Source: Pseudovirgaria hyperparasitica
Taxonomy: Eukaryota
NCBI GenBank assembly: GCA_010093815.1
Contig: ML996572.1
Reading direction: 5' to 3' (one strand)
Length of the DNA: 64,000 bases
In this document: positions 62,520-64,000 of the stretch, piece after piece
Layout of the letters: every line of letters begins with the position of its first letter
Numbering within the stretch: the stretch's first letter is position 1
The notes under the pieces: model-generated
The model's database searches: none
The model's input: the letters and a program-made list of their open reading frames with translations, nothing else
Told to the model about the DNA's origin: nothing
Made by a program: the position numbers and the translations under genes

Positions 62520-63130
62520 AACAACGTCATTTACTAATCCCGGGAAAAAATATATAAGCTAAGCAGCAAGACTATTTTCTACTGCAAGAACAACTCTATT
62601 AGGCTTTGGATAATAGTAGCACTTAGACTGGGACTCGGAGACTATATTATAAGACAACACTATCTCTAAAAGCCAGGATCCTAGCAAAAAGCTTACTAGT
62701 TGAATAAATTTCTCTGTCTAGAAAAGATCGACCTCTAATTTTCTGGTTTTTCACTCGAAAGACTATAATCCTCTTGCATGAAACTACCTTAATTTGCGAT
62801 CAGTCTGTTTCATCGACACTCAAGTTTCAACGTGGTGCGCACGGAACCCCACACAATAATGTGACATCTGCAGTAGCTGAGTTGATTACCGCCAAGATTG
62901 GAAAACGCTAATTTTAGCGTGAGAAGAGGCCTGATTCAGAAGTTTTGATTGGCTATACAACGCACGTACATAGTAATAAGCGAGACTAAACATCATCTAT
63001 TAGGTTAAAAAGGAGCGCTGAGTACCCCCCCCCCAAAAGGCTCACACTAGACCCCAGTAGTATAGTAGTACTATGATCTTATTAGCTAGAAGATAGATAT
63101 ATTAGCTGATATGGTAATGCGTCTTTCAGT
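62520..63130. repeat. AT-rich region with RIP-like patches
   Basis: TpA-rich patches such as CAGTAGTATAGTAGTACTATGATCTTATTAGCTAGAAGATAGATATATTAG near 63055-63105. No ORFs. Confidence 0.35.
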
Positions 63131-64000
63131 AAAGTGAATAAGATGTTATGTTACGCCAATGGTCCAACACATAATATTGCCAAAAATCCAACAGCAAGCC
63201 GAATCCGCTAGCTAGGAATACCAGACCAGACTGTTGCCAATCAACCTGCGGTTTAACGCGATGCTCTGACCTCAGTGAGGTCGTCGGCGGGCGCAGAGAG
63301 TGACAGAGTCAAAACTGTTGCTAAATATTCGGGCAACCTCAGAGTCAGTGCCTGCTTATGGCGTCAGCTTTGGGACCCCGCCAGCAGTCAGCCGATGGGC
63401 TCCTAGAGCTCTGATGGGTTCTATAGAGGTCGAGGACATATTTAGGGTGCCTTGCGTAGACGAGGGCAAAGGGAGAGCGATCGGCCTAACAGAACAAGCA
63501 TAAATTGGAGCTCCTGGGGTTGATGCGAGCCGCCTTAAGATCAGTGGAAGCACGCCTTTAAAGGTCCTGACTGAGGCGTTGCAAGATTGTTCGTGATGGC
63601 AGTAACGGCAGAATAGCAGACTCAAACGCGTAAGTCGCGATATCGCATGTAGATTATGGCAGCGATAGAGCATCTTCTCCTCAGGAGTTGTGAGATAGCT
63701 CGTAGAAAGTAGCGGTCGTGGAGCAGTAACTTAAAGTTGTGAGTTGCCCCGCCATTGGCTCAAATACCTCCTCGCATTCGAAGATCCTCCTATCAATCTT
63801 AGGAGCAAGTACTGCTGCAGGATGTTTACAGAGCGACGCTCCATGATCTTGTCCTTCAAATATCAATTGGAGGGTCCTGTCTTGATCTCGGTCAACCGCA
63901 CAGAGACAAGCACGCCGGAACCAGGCATCAAATAGCATCAAGAATAATGACACTTTAGAAAGGCCGAGAGCTCAGATGCTTTAATGCGAAGCATAGGGTT

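Noticed and set aside
63300..64000. Short minus-strand ORFs at the window end
   Set aside because: Different frames, interrupted by stops and without recognisable motifs. A decayed gene continuing outside the window cannot be excluded.
1..64000. tRNA/rRNA/snRNA genes and riboswitches
   Set aside because: No cloverleaf with a T-loop GGTTCGA context or rRNA-like sequence was recognised by eye. A tRNAscan-SE/Infernal scan would be needed to exclude them.

Overview
Eukaryotic, intron-containing DNA from a filamentous ascomycete, probably a Dothideomycete (short GT-AG introns with CTRAC branch sites, plus RIP-type mutation). The window opens with a ~1.9 kb RIP-degraded AT-rich repeat relic. About 29 protein-coding genes follow. 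Housekeeping genes include KU80, TAD1, CCT7, UNG1, SPT7, an enoyl-CoA hydratase, and NT-C2, VanZ-like and TMEM205-like proteins. Accessory genes include a HET-domain protein, a degenerate kinase-like protein, two F-box-like/DUF7730-type proteins and a LaeA-like methyltransferase. Two candidate clusters stand out. (1) At ~7.1-14.2 kb: a Zn2Cys6 transcription factor, a metal-dependent amidohydrolase, a DAL5-type permease and an SDR; the regulator carries a single frameshift. (2) At ~56-62 kb: a GT-A-fold glycosyltransferase-like gene resembling actinobacterial hypothetical proteins (candidate horizontal transfer that now has a spliceosomal intron), divergently paired with a 2OG-Fe(II) oxygenase and followed by an MFS transporter. 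This may be an undescribed backbone-less metabolic cluster. Also notable are a con-10-like gene built from tandemly duplicated exon/intron units and a small gene missed by the ORF track that has a GC-AG intron and a (CAT)14 repeat abutting its start codon. No tRNA, rRNA or CRISPR array was recognised. All family assignments come from motif recognition, not database searches.
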